Part shown: piece after piece, positions 31,101-40,300 of the stretch
Layout: each line of letters starts with the position of its first letter
How positions within the stretch are numbered: the stretch's first letter is position 1
Origin: a bacterium
GTDB taxonomy: Bacteria > Zhuqueibacterota > Zhuqueibacteria > Zhuqueibacterales > Zhuqueibacteraceae
Length of the DNA: 43,771 nucleotides
Assembly (NCBI GenBank): GCA_044869275.1
Contig: JBIOXB010000250.1
Coordinates: 1-43,771, forward strand
Reading direction: 5' to 3'
Translations under genes and position numbers: made by a program
The notes under the pieces: generated by a model
The model's database searches: none
Told to the model about the DNA's origin: nothing
Seen by the model: the letters and a program-made list of their open reading frames with translations, nothing else

Positions 31101-31515
31101 AGGCGGTATAAAGGAGTGCGGGGGTGGGGCCTTCAATGAAGACTTTGTAAAGCTTGACGAGGGTAGGCGCGAACTGCAAATAATAGGAGTTATTAAGATT
31201 GTTGGTGTTGGCCGCACCAAACAAGATAAAGTAGTTTTGATTGTCGGAGGCATTCGATTTCACGTCGAGCTCGAGCGTAAAATTGTTCCACGTTTGCGTC
31301 GACAGAACGCTATATTCGTCACCGGTCGCACCGGCCAGGAACAAACAATATGCCGGGCTCCCGCTCTGCGATTCGACGCGCCAGCGATGGGAATTTAGGG
31401 GCGCCCATCCATTCGCGTTGCCATCATTGAAGTCGTCAAAAAATTGGGCCGCAGCCCTATTATAGCTCAAACCCAAGGCGGCACAGGCAATGACAAAACG
31501 AGCGAAGTTCTTCAC
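25141..31515 (-). CDS. giant secreted modular protein: DUF1080/LamG-like head, 7 FG-GAP/VCBS repeats, FN3, 8 FN3/Ig-like 'SATLNGxVNPN' repeats, Ig-like, shared C-terminal module + sorting domain
   Basis: GTG start after GGAGG, a signal peptide, FFDDFNDG, seven WGDYxxD repeats, TYYWSVQAIDN, eight VNPN...FxYG repeats and QNFPNPFNPET. Confidence 0.92.
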   Translation of the reverse strand: MKNFARFVIACAALGLSYNRAAAQFFDDFNDGNANGWAPLNSHRWRVESQSGSPAYCLFLAGATGDEYSVLSTQTWNNFTLELDVKSNASDNQNYFILFGAANTNNLNNSYYLQFAPTLVKLYKVFIEGPTPALLYTASGSFASDNQYHRLRIVRQAPAITVYVDNQLLFQVSDGSYVTGYIGFGSYQSTVCVDNVAITTPTAQTFTDISAALTGASGSSVAWGDYDNDNNLDILLAGRDSNGSEMSRVYRNEGSSIFALRVTSLLGVRDGSVAWGDYDNDGYVDILLTGDASGSGTERFTEVYHNNRTGTFSRIFAGLPGTRNGTAAWGDYDNDGDLDILLTGSPGTGVNLSEIYRNTAGTFAPINANLINLAGGSTVAWGDYDNDGDLDILMAGQDISDTPVTFVYKNSNGSFANNSANLAGVLAGSVAWGDYNSDSYLDILLAGRDRNGNRIAKVYLNNKNETFSDINAGLTGVENGSAVWGDYDNDGDLDILLTGTTTGTGNGASSRIYRNDNGSFISLAGLFTDVYESAAAWGDYDKDGDLDIVLTGEDMSGSRVVKVYRNDGGTQNTVPTTPTNLGTLANGNSLTFSWSKASDVQTSPNALTYNLHVGTTPRGGEIFSPMADPTGFRRVPQLGNMNHRNSWTIKNLQQGATYYWSVQAIDNAFAGSLFAAEQMVTVPVAGTAPTVTTGLATNVSTTSATLNGAVNPNNLSTAIKFQYGATTSYGNEITATPSEAAGSSTISVSANLTGLATGAAFNYRIIATNSAGTTTGTNQTFFTGAAPTAITNAATNVTTTSATLNATVNPNGFSTTVKFQYGTTTSYGSEIMATPSPVAGASVFSAGAALAGLAPNTAFHYRVVATNSAGTSNGDDQTFTTTTLPLPTVTTNDASNISASSATLNGTVNPNNLSTTVIFEYGTTMSYGNEILASPSPVNGTTTVAVRAQVMEFLPNTSYHYRVAATNDAGTTRGANQSFSTTGVPPAATTNAATDINANSATLNGTVNPNGLSTSVKFQYGTSTSYGSETTARPSPVTGDSAVSVNAALTGLATGTVFHYRVVATNSAGTTNGMDQALVTGAAPTVSTDAATDVTTTSSTLRATVNPNGLSATVKFQYGTTTSYGSETIAMPSPITGANAISVSTALTGLASGVIFHYRAVATNSAGTTNGADQIFVTGAAPMVTTNAATEVGTNSATLNGMVNPNGLSTSIRFQYGTTASYGDEITATPSPASGVGAVAVKATLSTLIPNTLYHYRLVGENNTGITHGDDQTFTTTNLPLPTVTTNEATNITSISITLNGTVNPNNLSTTVMFEYGMSTSYGNQISATPSPVNGAATIAVSSRLTGLLPNTSYHYRVVATNNAGRTEGANRSFTTTESGSAPAVVTSAATHVTTASATLNAMVNPNGLSATVKFQYGVTTSYGSEVAAMPSPVTGTDTVSVSAVVTSLAPNTLYHYRAVGTNSVGTTNGAEMTFTTSPIPNRPPLVWDPISDRTLIVGDLSFRRDLNATPPVFNDPDGDALEYTARSSAPNIATASLSASTLTVAPVAPDSATITITAYDNKGGMDSTTFVVTVILRPNQPPAIVVTPLAPQPSGQQIAIQANLTDDTGIASAALNYRRGGEIGFASLPMTLKSGSTYEAITPAGISDSRGIEYFILAKDVDGAETRNPESPKVISLPILVSIATKPTVQPGGSALDAYRLVSVSFQLDNTSAADVLVDDLGAYDSAKWRLFGLAAGEPFGNKAPYVEVSQTGIFAPGKSLFLIVKEANKQIDAGPGRSLETDEEFRITLVPGHNFIASPFNFIVGGNNLRLQSNGAIVLRTYTGSWVSADSLTPWEGYYLANNSTSADILFINPNLPSGLLSSTVRNENNDVSWRIQIFAHCDETVDTENFAGVASRSDNGWDDKDLVEPPPIGEYVSLYFPHPEWQKPLDRYSDDMRSPATLNQRWDFVVESNISREMVTLEIAGLQEVEPALAVYLVDEELNYKQNLREQTTYEYQSRGLDKPKRLSLVVGKEEYVSDATANTAGVPKDFVLEQNFPNPFNPETAIRFGLPQQSTVTLRIYDLAGREVATVLEHVELPAGRHQRVWDGRDASGHAVSNGVYFCRLTAPRIVRVMKMAVLK

Positions 31516-31588
31516 GGTACTCTACCCTCCAGCGTTTCGTCCTTCCAAACAAAACAGTCATCACTATTCTGTTCATTAGGTGACGCAA

Positions 31589-34500
31589 TTATTTCATCAC
31601 GGTCATTTTCATCACCCTCACGAGGCGTGGTGCAATCAATTGGCAGAAATAAATGCCGTTGGACACGGCTCGACCCGACACATCGCGGCCGTCCCATACA
31701 CGCTGATGCCGGCCCGCAGGCAACTCCACCTTCTCGAGCACGGTCACCACTTCACGGCCGGCGAGATCGTAAATCTTGAGCGTCACCGTACTCTGTTGCG
31801 GCAGACCGAATCGAATCGTAGTTTCGGGGTTGAATGGGTTGGGGAAGTTTTGTTCCAGCATAAAGTCATTGGGCATACCGGCGGTGTTCGCAGTTTCTTC
31901 AGATACGTATTCCTCCTTGCCAACCACCAGGCTCAAGCGTTTGGGCTTGTCCAGGCCGCGGGATTGATATTCGTACATCGTTCGCTGGCGCAGGTCTTGT
32001 TTGTAATTCATCTCTTCATCCACGAGATAAACCGCGAGTGCTTGATCCAGCTCGCGCAAGCCCTCGAATTGCAATTTCACCAACTCGCCATGAATATTGC
32101 TTTCCACCACGAAATTCCAACGCTGATTGAGCGTGGCCGGCGAGCGCATGTCGTCACTGTAGCGTTGAAATAATTTTTGCCACTCGGCATGCTCAAAATA
32201 AAGCGAGACAAAATCGCCGATCGCCGGCGGCTCCACCAAATCGGCCTCATCCCACGCATCCTCGCTGGTGAAGCCAATGCCGGCAAAGTTCTCGCTGTCG
32301 CTGGCTTCGCCGCAGCGTGCAACGATCTGAATGCGCCATTTCGCATTGCTGCTCACCATGGCCATCGGCCCGGAAAGCCCGGCGCCCAAATCGGGATTCA
32401 CCAACAGCACCTCATTGCTGGTGCTGTTGTTGGCAATGTAATATCCCTCCCACGGCGCCATTTCAATGGCTGCCACCCAGTTGCCGGCGTAGGTGCGCAG
32501 CACCACCTGGCCGCCGCTTTGCAAACGCATTTTGCCCTCGCGGCGAATGGTGAAATTGAACGGCGTGGCCACGAAATTGTGCCCCGGCTGCAATGTGATC
32601 GAATATTCCTGATCGGTTTTCACCGATTTAGCGTTGTTCATGGTGACAAATTTGCCCCCATCTTTCACAATTAAAAGCAAACTTTGGCCCGGCACAAAAG
32701 TATTCGCGCCCGCGTTCGGGAACTCGACGAAGGGCTGCTTGTTGTTGAGATTCTGGCTGGCACCGGGCGCCAATCCGAAGAGCCGCCACTTGGTATTGTC
32801 ATAAACCCCGAAGTCATCTTCCAAAACTGCGGCCGCCGAAGGACTGTCCAATTGCAATGGCACTGAAATTAAACGATAGGCGGCTGCAGCACTGCCATTG
32901 GGCTGCGCCGTCGGTTTGATTTCGCTAGTCACTTGAATTTGCACGGAAAAAACACCCGTCAGGGGTTGCCGGCTTTGAACGAGATCCACATCCGTAGCGG
33001 TGATGAAATATTCCAACCCGCGCGAAGTGACAACCGTGGCCGGAATATTCGCTTGATAATTATTGCCGCTCACAAGAGTCATGTCAACCGGAGTGAAGTT
33101 CGCTTCGCCGCCACGGCGATATTGCAACTGCACACCGATAATGCTTCCATCATCAGTGACGCTTGCTGTGATAGAAATAGCCTGGTCGTTGGGTTGCAGG
33201 AGGATGGGCGAGTGCGTAACGATCGGTGGCAGATTATCTGGCACCGTAAACACCTGAGTGGTAGACGTGCCGCCGCCCGGCGTGCTGTTGGTGACTGAAA
33301 CAGCGCGCGCCCCGGTGGCCGCCCCTGCCGTGATGGTGATATTCGCTGTCAAACTCGTCGTGCTCGTCACCTTGATCGAATTAACCGTGATGCCGCTGCC
33401 AAAATTTACCATCGTCGCATCGCTGAAAAAATTCGTGCCTGCAAAAACCACGTCCAGCGCTTGTCCGATATTGCCGGTGGTTGGATTAATGCCGGTTAGT
33501 GTCGGCGCCGGGTTGTTAACGGTAAAGGTTAGACTGTTCGAGGTTCCTATCGAAAAGTTGCGCGGGCCAGTGGTCGCGGCCGCCGTAATCATCAGGTTGG
33601 CCGTCAAACTCGTCGTGTTGGTCACCGAACTCGAGTTGACGATAATGTCTGCGCCCACATTCACGCTCATGCCGGAGCTGAAATTGGTGCCGGTAAAACC
33701 AACATTCAACGTCTGCAAGCGATTGCCGGTGTTCGGCGAGATGCCCGTCAACGCCACCGTTTGCGGTTGCACGGTAAACGTCTGATTGGTTGAGGTGCCG
33801 CCACCCGGCGTGCTGTTGGTGACCGAAACATTGCGCGCCCCGGTCGCGGCCGCTGCCGTGATGATAATATTCGCCGTCAAACTTGTCGTGCTCGTCACCG
33901 TGATCGAATTCACCGTGATGCCGCTGCCAAAATTTACCGTCGTGGCATCGCTGAAAAAATTCGTGCCCGTAAAAACCATGTCCAGCGTTTGTCCGACATT
34001 GCCGGCGATTGGATTCATGCTGGTGATTGTCGGCGCCGGATTGTTCACGGTAAAGGTTTGGCTATTCGAATTTCCGACCGAGAAACCGCGCGCACCGGTG
34101 GCGGCTGTCCCCGTGATCGTGATATTCGCGGTCAAACTCGTGGCGCTCGATACCGTCGTTGAGTTAACGGTAATGCCTGCTCCGACATTTACCGCAACAC
34201 CGCTGCCAAAATCAGTGCCGGTAAAAACGACGTCCAGGGTTTGCAAGCGATTGCCGCTCGCCGGAGAGATGCTCGTCAGAGTTGGCACAGTGGTGCCCGT
34301 GGTAAAGCGAAAAACATTTGAAAAGTCGCCGGCACCAAAGATATTCTTCGCGTTGACGCGCCAATAATACGTCGTATTGTCGGTCAACGGCCCGATTTGC
34401 CGTGACGTGGTGGTGAGACTGGAATCATCGAAAACAATGCTATTGCCCGGAAAAAGCACATTGGTGGCAACCTGCAAGCGGTAAGAAGTGGCTCTCGCCG

Positions 34501-37090
34501 AGGCATTCCACGAGAGCGTGGGCGAAAGCGATAGACCGGACGTGCCGTCCGCGGGAGAGGCAAGCGTCGGAGCTCTGACTTTGATTGTGGCGTTTTTCGT
34601 GCCGCCATATGCGCCCATGTCGATACGCTCACCGTTCGGATCCGGCTCAAGGCCAACTGGATCGCTCGGGTCGCCGGTATCGATAGTCGGTGACGTGCTT
34701 TTGACGCGAAAATCATTATTTGCAGCATCGAAATATTGGGGATCCGCACCAATGTCGCCAGGGCCCGGAGAACTAAAAGGGTAAGGAATGCTGTTCTTGA
34801 AAAAATCATTGTAGCGGTAAACGTTAGGCGCATCGCCAGCAAGAATGCCAAAGTTATTATTGGTCACAATATTGTTCTTGACCACGGCAAACGACGCTTG
34901 ACTACCTGAGATGTCGATAGCGCGAACGCAGCTGTCAATCGTATTATTTGAAAAAAGCACGGCGCCAGTGATCTTGACGCCATAGCCGAGGCCCTGCTTC
35001 ATTCGCAAAATAACATTATGTGTGACTGTGGTCGCGGCGCGCAAATCCAAACCGGTCTGCGCGACATTATTGCCATCAAACAAGAAGCCATCAATTGTAC
35101 AGTCTTTGGTGTCGGTCAACATCGTGGCGCTCAAGGCCTGAATGATGGTCTTGCTGGTAAAAATATTCCGTCCGAAGACGGAAAAATCGCTTGAGTATCC
35201 GCCAAGCAAAATCACCTTGGCGGGCGGATTGAGAGATTCCGTATAGGCACCGCCCGCGACTTTAATCGTGTCGCCATTGGCCGCGCGCAGCAAAGCGGTG
35301 GCAATATTTCGCCAGGGTGCATTAGGCGCACCGGAATTATCATCGCTGCCCGTCATCGCAACGTGCAGCGATTTGGCGGCCACCACCGTAACGGTGAAAT
35401 TGGTTGGTATGGTTTCGCCGCGGCCATCATCAGCCGTGACTGTAATCGTGGCGCTTCCGATCGCAAGCGGCGTGACGGTGAGCGTGCTTATCGAAATGCC
35501 GGCGGTGGCGATATTCACCGCGTCCGAGCTGGCGGTGTATGTCAAAGGATCGCCATCCGGATCGGCAAATACTGGCGGCGAAACATCCAAGTTCCGCGTG
35601 AAAGTCAGCCCGCCCACCGTGAGCGTTTGGGCCGGAATGACGTTTGCCACCACCGGCGGCCGATTGACAGTTTGTGATAAATACAAAGCGCCAAGATCTG
35701 CGCGCGTGCCGTCCGCATCCTGCGGGCTGTTAGGATCGCCGGCATCGAGCGCCGCCGAACCGGCGCGCAAATGAAAATCACCGTTGGCAAAATCAACAAA
35801 AAACGGATCGCCTTCGAGATTATTTTTTGCCTCGAGCACTTCAGAATTCAGCGCGCCAGCAGCAAAATATTCATTCGTTCCTTCATCGCGATACAGTCCG
35901 GCGCCGTTCGAATAAAACAAATTATACCAGACCCTCCCCGGATCGCTGGCGGCATTACTCTCGTTGAGGCCATAGCCGGAATGATTGAACGCCAGAATAT
36001 TGTTCAAAATCGAATCCGGCGAGGCCGATTCAAGCAGAATGCCATCCGCGGTGTTGTCGGCAATCGTGTTGTTGATGATTTTGGAGTTCGAAGCGATTGC
36101 ACACCAAATACCATGATCGGTATTTTTCACCACGACATTCTTTAAGAGGCGCGGCGAGCTGGTTGCGCCGGAAATATACACACCGCTGATCGCCGGCAAA
36201 GAACCGAAGTCAGCCTTAATGCGATGATCCGTAATCGTATTGTTCGACAAAACCCCTCCGGCATTGAGCACGGCGATACCTGCGCCCAAAGTGGTTCCCG
36301 AAGTAGCAAATAAACGATGCAACGTATTCGCTGCAAGCATGTTGGCATCGATAATTGGCGTCGCGGCGTCGAGCACGCATATCCCTGCGCCGTAAGCAAC
36401 TGCAAAAAAACTATTTTGCACTTCATTGTTGCGAATAATATTCTGCTTGATGACAGGCGTCGAAGAACCGACCACTGCGACACCGCCGCCATAGGCGCCG
36501 AAATCAGCCGGATCCGAGGGCGCTTGATTCGCGGTCACGATATTGTCGGCAATCTCGTTATTCGTGATGGTTGGGGACGAATTGAGGATATAAATTCCGC
36601 CCCCGAATTTTTTGCCATTCGGCGTCGGCTGCACGGCATTGCCAGTGATCTTATTATTCGCGACCGTTAACATCGAACCCGCGGAGATGAACAAGCCACC
36701 GCCACCGGAACTATTGCTGCCGCCGCGAATGGTAAAATTTTTGATCATCGTGCTGGCTTCGCTGATGCCAACACCACGGATCACGCCATTACTTCCCTTT
36801 GCATCTAAAATGCACAAGCTTTCTCCTGCGCCAATCAGGGAAACGCCGTTTTTTATGCCGAGGGGAAACGTCTCGCCCAGAGCCGAATCATACGTTCCAG
36901 CCGCCACATGAACCGTATGCCCGGTGCCGCTGATCTGGCCCAACGCATACGTGACCGTCTTCCACGGATCGGCTTGCGTGCCATTGCCTGGCGCGTTGTT
37001 GCCGGTGGTCGCATTGACGTAGTAGTCGTTGGCTTGCGCAGCGTTCAAGCACCACAATGCGCTGGCAGTCATGAGGAGGGCTTTCTTCAT
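31589..37090 (-). CDS. giant secreted modular protein: two right-handed beta-helix (DUF1565/NosD-like) regions, Ig-like, FN3-like, 4 IPT/TIG, shared C-terminal module + sorting domain
   Basis: ATG 37090 follows GAGG and starts MKKALLMTASALWCLNAAQA. Motifs: YYVNATTGNN..GNGT..PWKTVT, GETFPL, GGGIY, DGTRADLGA, a second GSDDNSG helix, four IPT repeats and QNFPNPFNPET. Confidence 0.92.
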   Translation of the reverse strand: MKKALLMTASALWCLNAAQANDYYVNATTGNNAPGNGTQADPWKTVTYALGQISGTGHTVHVAAGTYDSALGETFPLGIKNGVSLIGAGESLCILDAKGSNGVIRGVGISEASTMIKNFTIRGGSNSSGGGGLFISAGSMLTVANNKITGNAVQPTPNGKKFGGGIYILNSSPTITNNEIADNIVTANQAPSDPADFGAYGGGVAVVGSSTPVIKQNIIRNNEVQNSFFAVAYGAGICVLDAATPIIDANMLAANTLHRLFATSGTTLGAGIAVLNAGGVLSNNTITDHRIKADFGSLPAISGVYISGATSSPRLLKNVVVKNTDHGIWCAIASNSKIINNTIADNTADGILLESASPDSILNNILAFNHSGYGLNESNAASDPGRVWYNLFYSNGAGLYRDEGTNEYFAAGALNSEVLEAKNNLEGDPFFVDFANGDFHLRAGSAALDAGDPNSPQDADGTRADLGALYLSQTVNRPPVVANVIPAQTLTVGGLTFTRNLDVSPPVFADPDGDPLTYTASSDAVNIATAGISISTLTVTPLAIGSATITVTADDGRGETIPTNFTVTVVAAKSLHVAMTGSDDNSGAPNAPWRNIATALLRAANGDTIKVAGGAYTESLNPPAKVILLGGYSSDFSVFGRNIFTSKTIIQALSATMLTDTKDCTIDGFLFDGNNVAQTGLDLRAATTVTHNVILRMKQGLGYGVKITGAVLFSNNTIDSCVRAIDISGSQASFAVVKNNIVTNNNFGILAGDAPNVYRYNDFFKNSIPYPFSSPGPGDIGADPQYFDAANNDFRVKSTSPTIDTGDPSDPVGLEPDPNGERIDMGAYGGTKNATIKVRAPTLASPADGTSGLSLSPTLSWNASARATSYRLQVATNVLFPGNSIVFDDSSLTTTSRQIGPLTDNTTYYWRVNAKNIFGAGDFSNVFRFTTGTTVPTLTSISPASGNRLQTLDVVFTGTDFGSGVAVNVGAGITVNSTTVSSATSLTANITITGTAATGARGFSVGNSNSQTFTVNNPAPTITSMNPIAGNVGQTLDMVFTGTNFFSDATTVNFGSGITVNSITVTSTTSLTANIIITAAAATGARNVSVTNSTPGGGTSTNQTFTVQPQTVALTGISPNTGNRLQTLNVGFTGTNFSSGMSVNVGADIIVNSSSVTNTTSLTANLMITAAATTGPRNFSIGTSNSLTFTVNNPAPTLTGINPTTGNIGQALDVVFAGTNFFSDATMVNFGSGITVNSIKVTSTTSLTANITITAGAATGARAVSVTNSTPGGGTSTTQVFTVPDNLPPIVTHSPILLQPNDQAISITASVTDDGSIIGVQLQYRRGGEANFTPVDMTLVSGNNYQANIPATVVTSRGLEYFITATDVDLVQSRQPLTGVFSVQIQVTSEIKPTAQPNGSAAAAYRLISVPLQLDSPSAAAVLEDDFGVYDNTKWRLFGLAPGASQNLNNKQPFVEFPNAGANTFVPGQSLLLIVKDGGKFVTMNNAKSVKTDQEYSITLQPGHNFVATPFNFTIRREGKMRLQSGGQVVLRTYAGNWVAAIEMAPWEGYYIANNSTSNEVLLVNPDLGAGLSGPMAMVSSNAKWRIQIVARCGEASDSENFAGIGFTSEDAWDEADLVEPPAIGDFVSLYFEHAEWQKLFQRYSDDMRSPATLNQRWNFVVESNIHGELVKLQFEGLRELDQALAVYLVDEEMNYKQDLRQRTMYEYQSRGLDKPKRLSLVVGKEEYVSEETANTAGMPNDFMLEQNFPNPFNPETTIRFGLPQQSTVTLKIYDLAGREVVTVLEKVELPAGRHQRVWDGRDVSGRAVSNGIYFCQLIAPRLVRVMKMTVMK

Positions 37091-37185
37091 TATTGCATAC
37101 CTCGCGTCGGAAATATGGGTTGGTATTACGAATGACCGGTCGCTATAATACAAACTTGCAGAACATTGCTTTTTTTAAGAAGGTT

Positions 37186-37278
37186 TATGGTTACGACTCC
37201 GCCGCCCTGTAAGTCTCTGCGAGTCTTTGCGAAGCTCTGCGTGAGTCTTTTTCGGGTTGCGGCTTGGCCGCGCTGGGA
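37186..37278. repeat. two tandem copies of the GGTTGCGGCT..GCCGC dispersed repeat separated by ctctgcg-type units
   Basis: tggttacgactccgccgccctgt ... ctctgcg/ctttgcg/ctctgcg ... gggttgcggcttggccgcgctggga, in the intergenic gap. Confidence 0.5.
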
Positions 37279-37319
37279 ACGACCGGTCAATTTTACTCGC
37301 TTGCAATTTTCATCGCATC

Positions 37320-40300
37320 CTATCGCACAACAGTCAGCTTCATCGCCTTGGAAAAACTCCCGGCGACCAGGCGATAAAAATAAATTCCGCTCACCACGGT
37401 CCGGCGTTGCGCATCGCGACCATCCCAAATGCGTTGATGGCGGCCCGCCGGCAACTCGATGCGATCCAGCAGCGTCGCGACCTCATGACCGGCGAGATCG
37501 TAAATCTTGAGCGTCACCACACTCTGTTGCGGCAGTCCGAAACGAATCGCAGTTTCGGGATTGAACGGGTTGGGGAAATTTTGTTCCAGCACAAAATCAT
37601 TGGGCACACCAGCGGTGTTTGCAGTTTCTTCAGATACATATTCTTCCTTACCAACCACCAGGCTCAAGCGTTTGGGCTTGTCCAGGCCACGGGATTGATA
37701 TTCATAGACCACGCGCTCGCGGAGATTTTGTTTGTACTTCATCTCTTCGTCCACGAGAAAAACAGTGAGCGCATCATCGATCTCACGCGGCCCATCGAAT
37801 TGCAATTTCACCATCTCGCCATGAACAATGCTTTCCACCACAAAATCCCAGCGTTGGTTGGAATTTGCCGGCGAACGCACGTCCTCGCGATAACGCTCGA
37901 GCGGTTTCTGCCATTCCGCATGCGGAAAATAAACTGAAACATATTCGCCGATCGGTGGCGGTTCGGCCAAATCATTTTCGTCCCAGCCGTCCACACCCGT
38001 CACCGCAACGCCGGCAAAGTTTTCGAGATCGTGCGCCTGGCCGCAATTGGCACGAATTTGCAAACGCCACATACTCGCCTCTTCTGAGCTCGCCAACGGC
38101 AAGGCCATACCGGAAGATAAATCAGGGTCGACGACAAGCGTGTCTGTCTCGGTCCGATTATTGGCGAGGTAATAGCCTTCCCAGGGCGCCAATGTTTCCG
38201 TCCTGAGAAAACTGCCGTTGTACCCCAGCAGCGTGACCGGGCTGCCGCTTTTCAATCTTAATTTGCCGACCGGAATCGTGAAGTTGAAAGGGTTGGCAAT
38301 GAAATTGTGCCCGGATTCCAGCGGAATTTTGAAGGCCTGATTGGTTTTCAATGTTTGTCCCGGCCCCGCGTCAACGGTCTTGCTGGATTCTCTCACAATT
38401 AAAAAGAAGCTTTTCCCCGACGTAAAAAAGCCGGTTTGCGAGATTTCAACATAGGGTGATTTATTGGTCAATGGCTGGCCAATCACCAAACCAAAGAGCC
38501 GCCACGCGCTGTTGTCGTATTGATTCAAATCGTCTTCCAAGACCGCCTGCACGGAAGCGTTATTCAGCTGCAGGGGCACGGAGAGCAGGCGATAAGCACT
38601 TTGCGCATTGCCCCCGGGTTGCGCGCTGGGATTGGCAACATTGTTGACTTGAACGGCTATGGCAAAGACCCCGCCGGTTTGTGGTTGGCGAGTCTGCGCA
38701 TTGTCCGAATCACTGGCCGCAATGAAATATTCCACGCCGCGCGAGGTCACGGCGCTGCCCGGAATGGCGCCTTGATACGAGCTGCCGCTGGTTAACGTCA
38801 TCGCCACCATGCTAAAGCCGGCGTCACCGCCACGACGATAATGCAAGCGCGCATCGGCTGCGCCACCGTCATCCGTAATACTCGCCTCGATGGTTATGGC
38901 CTGGCCTTCCGGTTGGGGCGCGATCGGCGTGTGTGTGACCACGGGCGGTTGATTGGGATTGACCAGAACTTCAAAATTCGTTGCGACCGTTCCGCCTTTG
39001 CCGTCATCAGCAGTTATGGTTACGCTATCGCTGCCAGCAGCAAGGGGCGCGACCGTGAGCAAGCTCGCTGCGAGGTTGGTGGTCACAGTATTCGTTGCTC
39101 GGGAACTGACGGTATAGCGCAAGCTATCGCCATCAGGGTCATTGAACACAGCCGGCGAGGCATTTAAATCGCGCACAAAAGGTGAGCCGCCAGCCGCCAG
39201 TGTTTGGCCGGCAATCGTACTGGCCGCGATCGGTGGCCGGTTGATCGTCACCAAAAAGGTATCGGCAACGGGAGGCAGATTGATGCCATCGTTTGCCGTA
39301 ACGATGATTGTTGTAGTGCCGGCGGCAACTGGTGTAACGGTTAATCGGTTGCCGGCGAGGTTTGCCGTCGCAATCGCCGCCAGAATCGAGCGCACGGTGA
39401 AAGTCAATGGATCACCATCGGGATCCCTGAATACAGCCGGCATCGCATTCAGATCGCGCGAAAATGCCGGCCTGCCCAAAGTCAGAATGGTATCCGGAAG
39501 AGAGTTTTGGACGATGGGCGGATTGTTTCCGGCGCTGCCGGTTAAGGCCACATCAAAGGGATTCTCATCCGGATCATTGCTGGCGAGCCGGAGGGTTGCA
39601 TTTTTCACTCCCATCGCGTTCGGCGCGAAACGCGCCACCAGATTGCGCGACGCGTTGGGGGCAAGATTAAAAGCCCCGCCGCCGCTCATGATTGTAAATT
39701 GATTGGCATGCGTTCCGATAAAGCTCGTGCTATTCACCACCAGTGTCGTATCGCCCGTGTTGGAGATGATGAAAGTTTTGTCAGCATTGCTTCCCACGGG
39801 AACGCTGCCATAATCATGCGAGGGCGGGTCTACGGCAATATTAGGTACGCGCAGTTGGGTCACGGTTACGTTCAAAGTGTCGGCAGCGGTTCCGCCCCGG
39901 CCATCATTCGCCGTTGCCACAATAGTTGTACTTCCCGCAGCGATGGGCGCGATCGTGAGCATGCTGCCGGAAATAGTTGCCGTGGCGACGTTCACGGCGC
40001 CCGAGTTCGCGGCATAAGTCAATACATCGCCGTCAGGATCATTGAAGACCGCAGGCGCAGCATTCAAATCGCGTATGAATGGTAAGCCGCCAACCGTGAG
40101 GGTTTGATTGGGAATCGTATGGGTAACCACTGGTGGCTGGTTCGCAACAGTTCCGATGGTAAAACTTTGTTCCGCAGCAAAAACGGAACCGGCAAAGGCA
40201 TTATCGATGGCCTGCACACTCCAAAAGTAAGTTCCATCGGTTAAATTCTTAATCATCCAACTATTCTGATGATTCGTATTTCCCAACATGGCAAGCCCGC

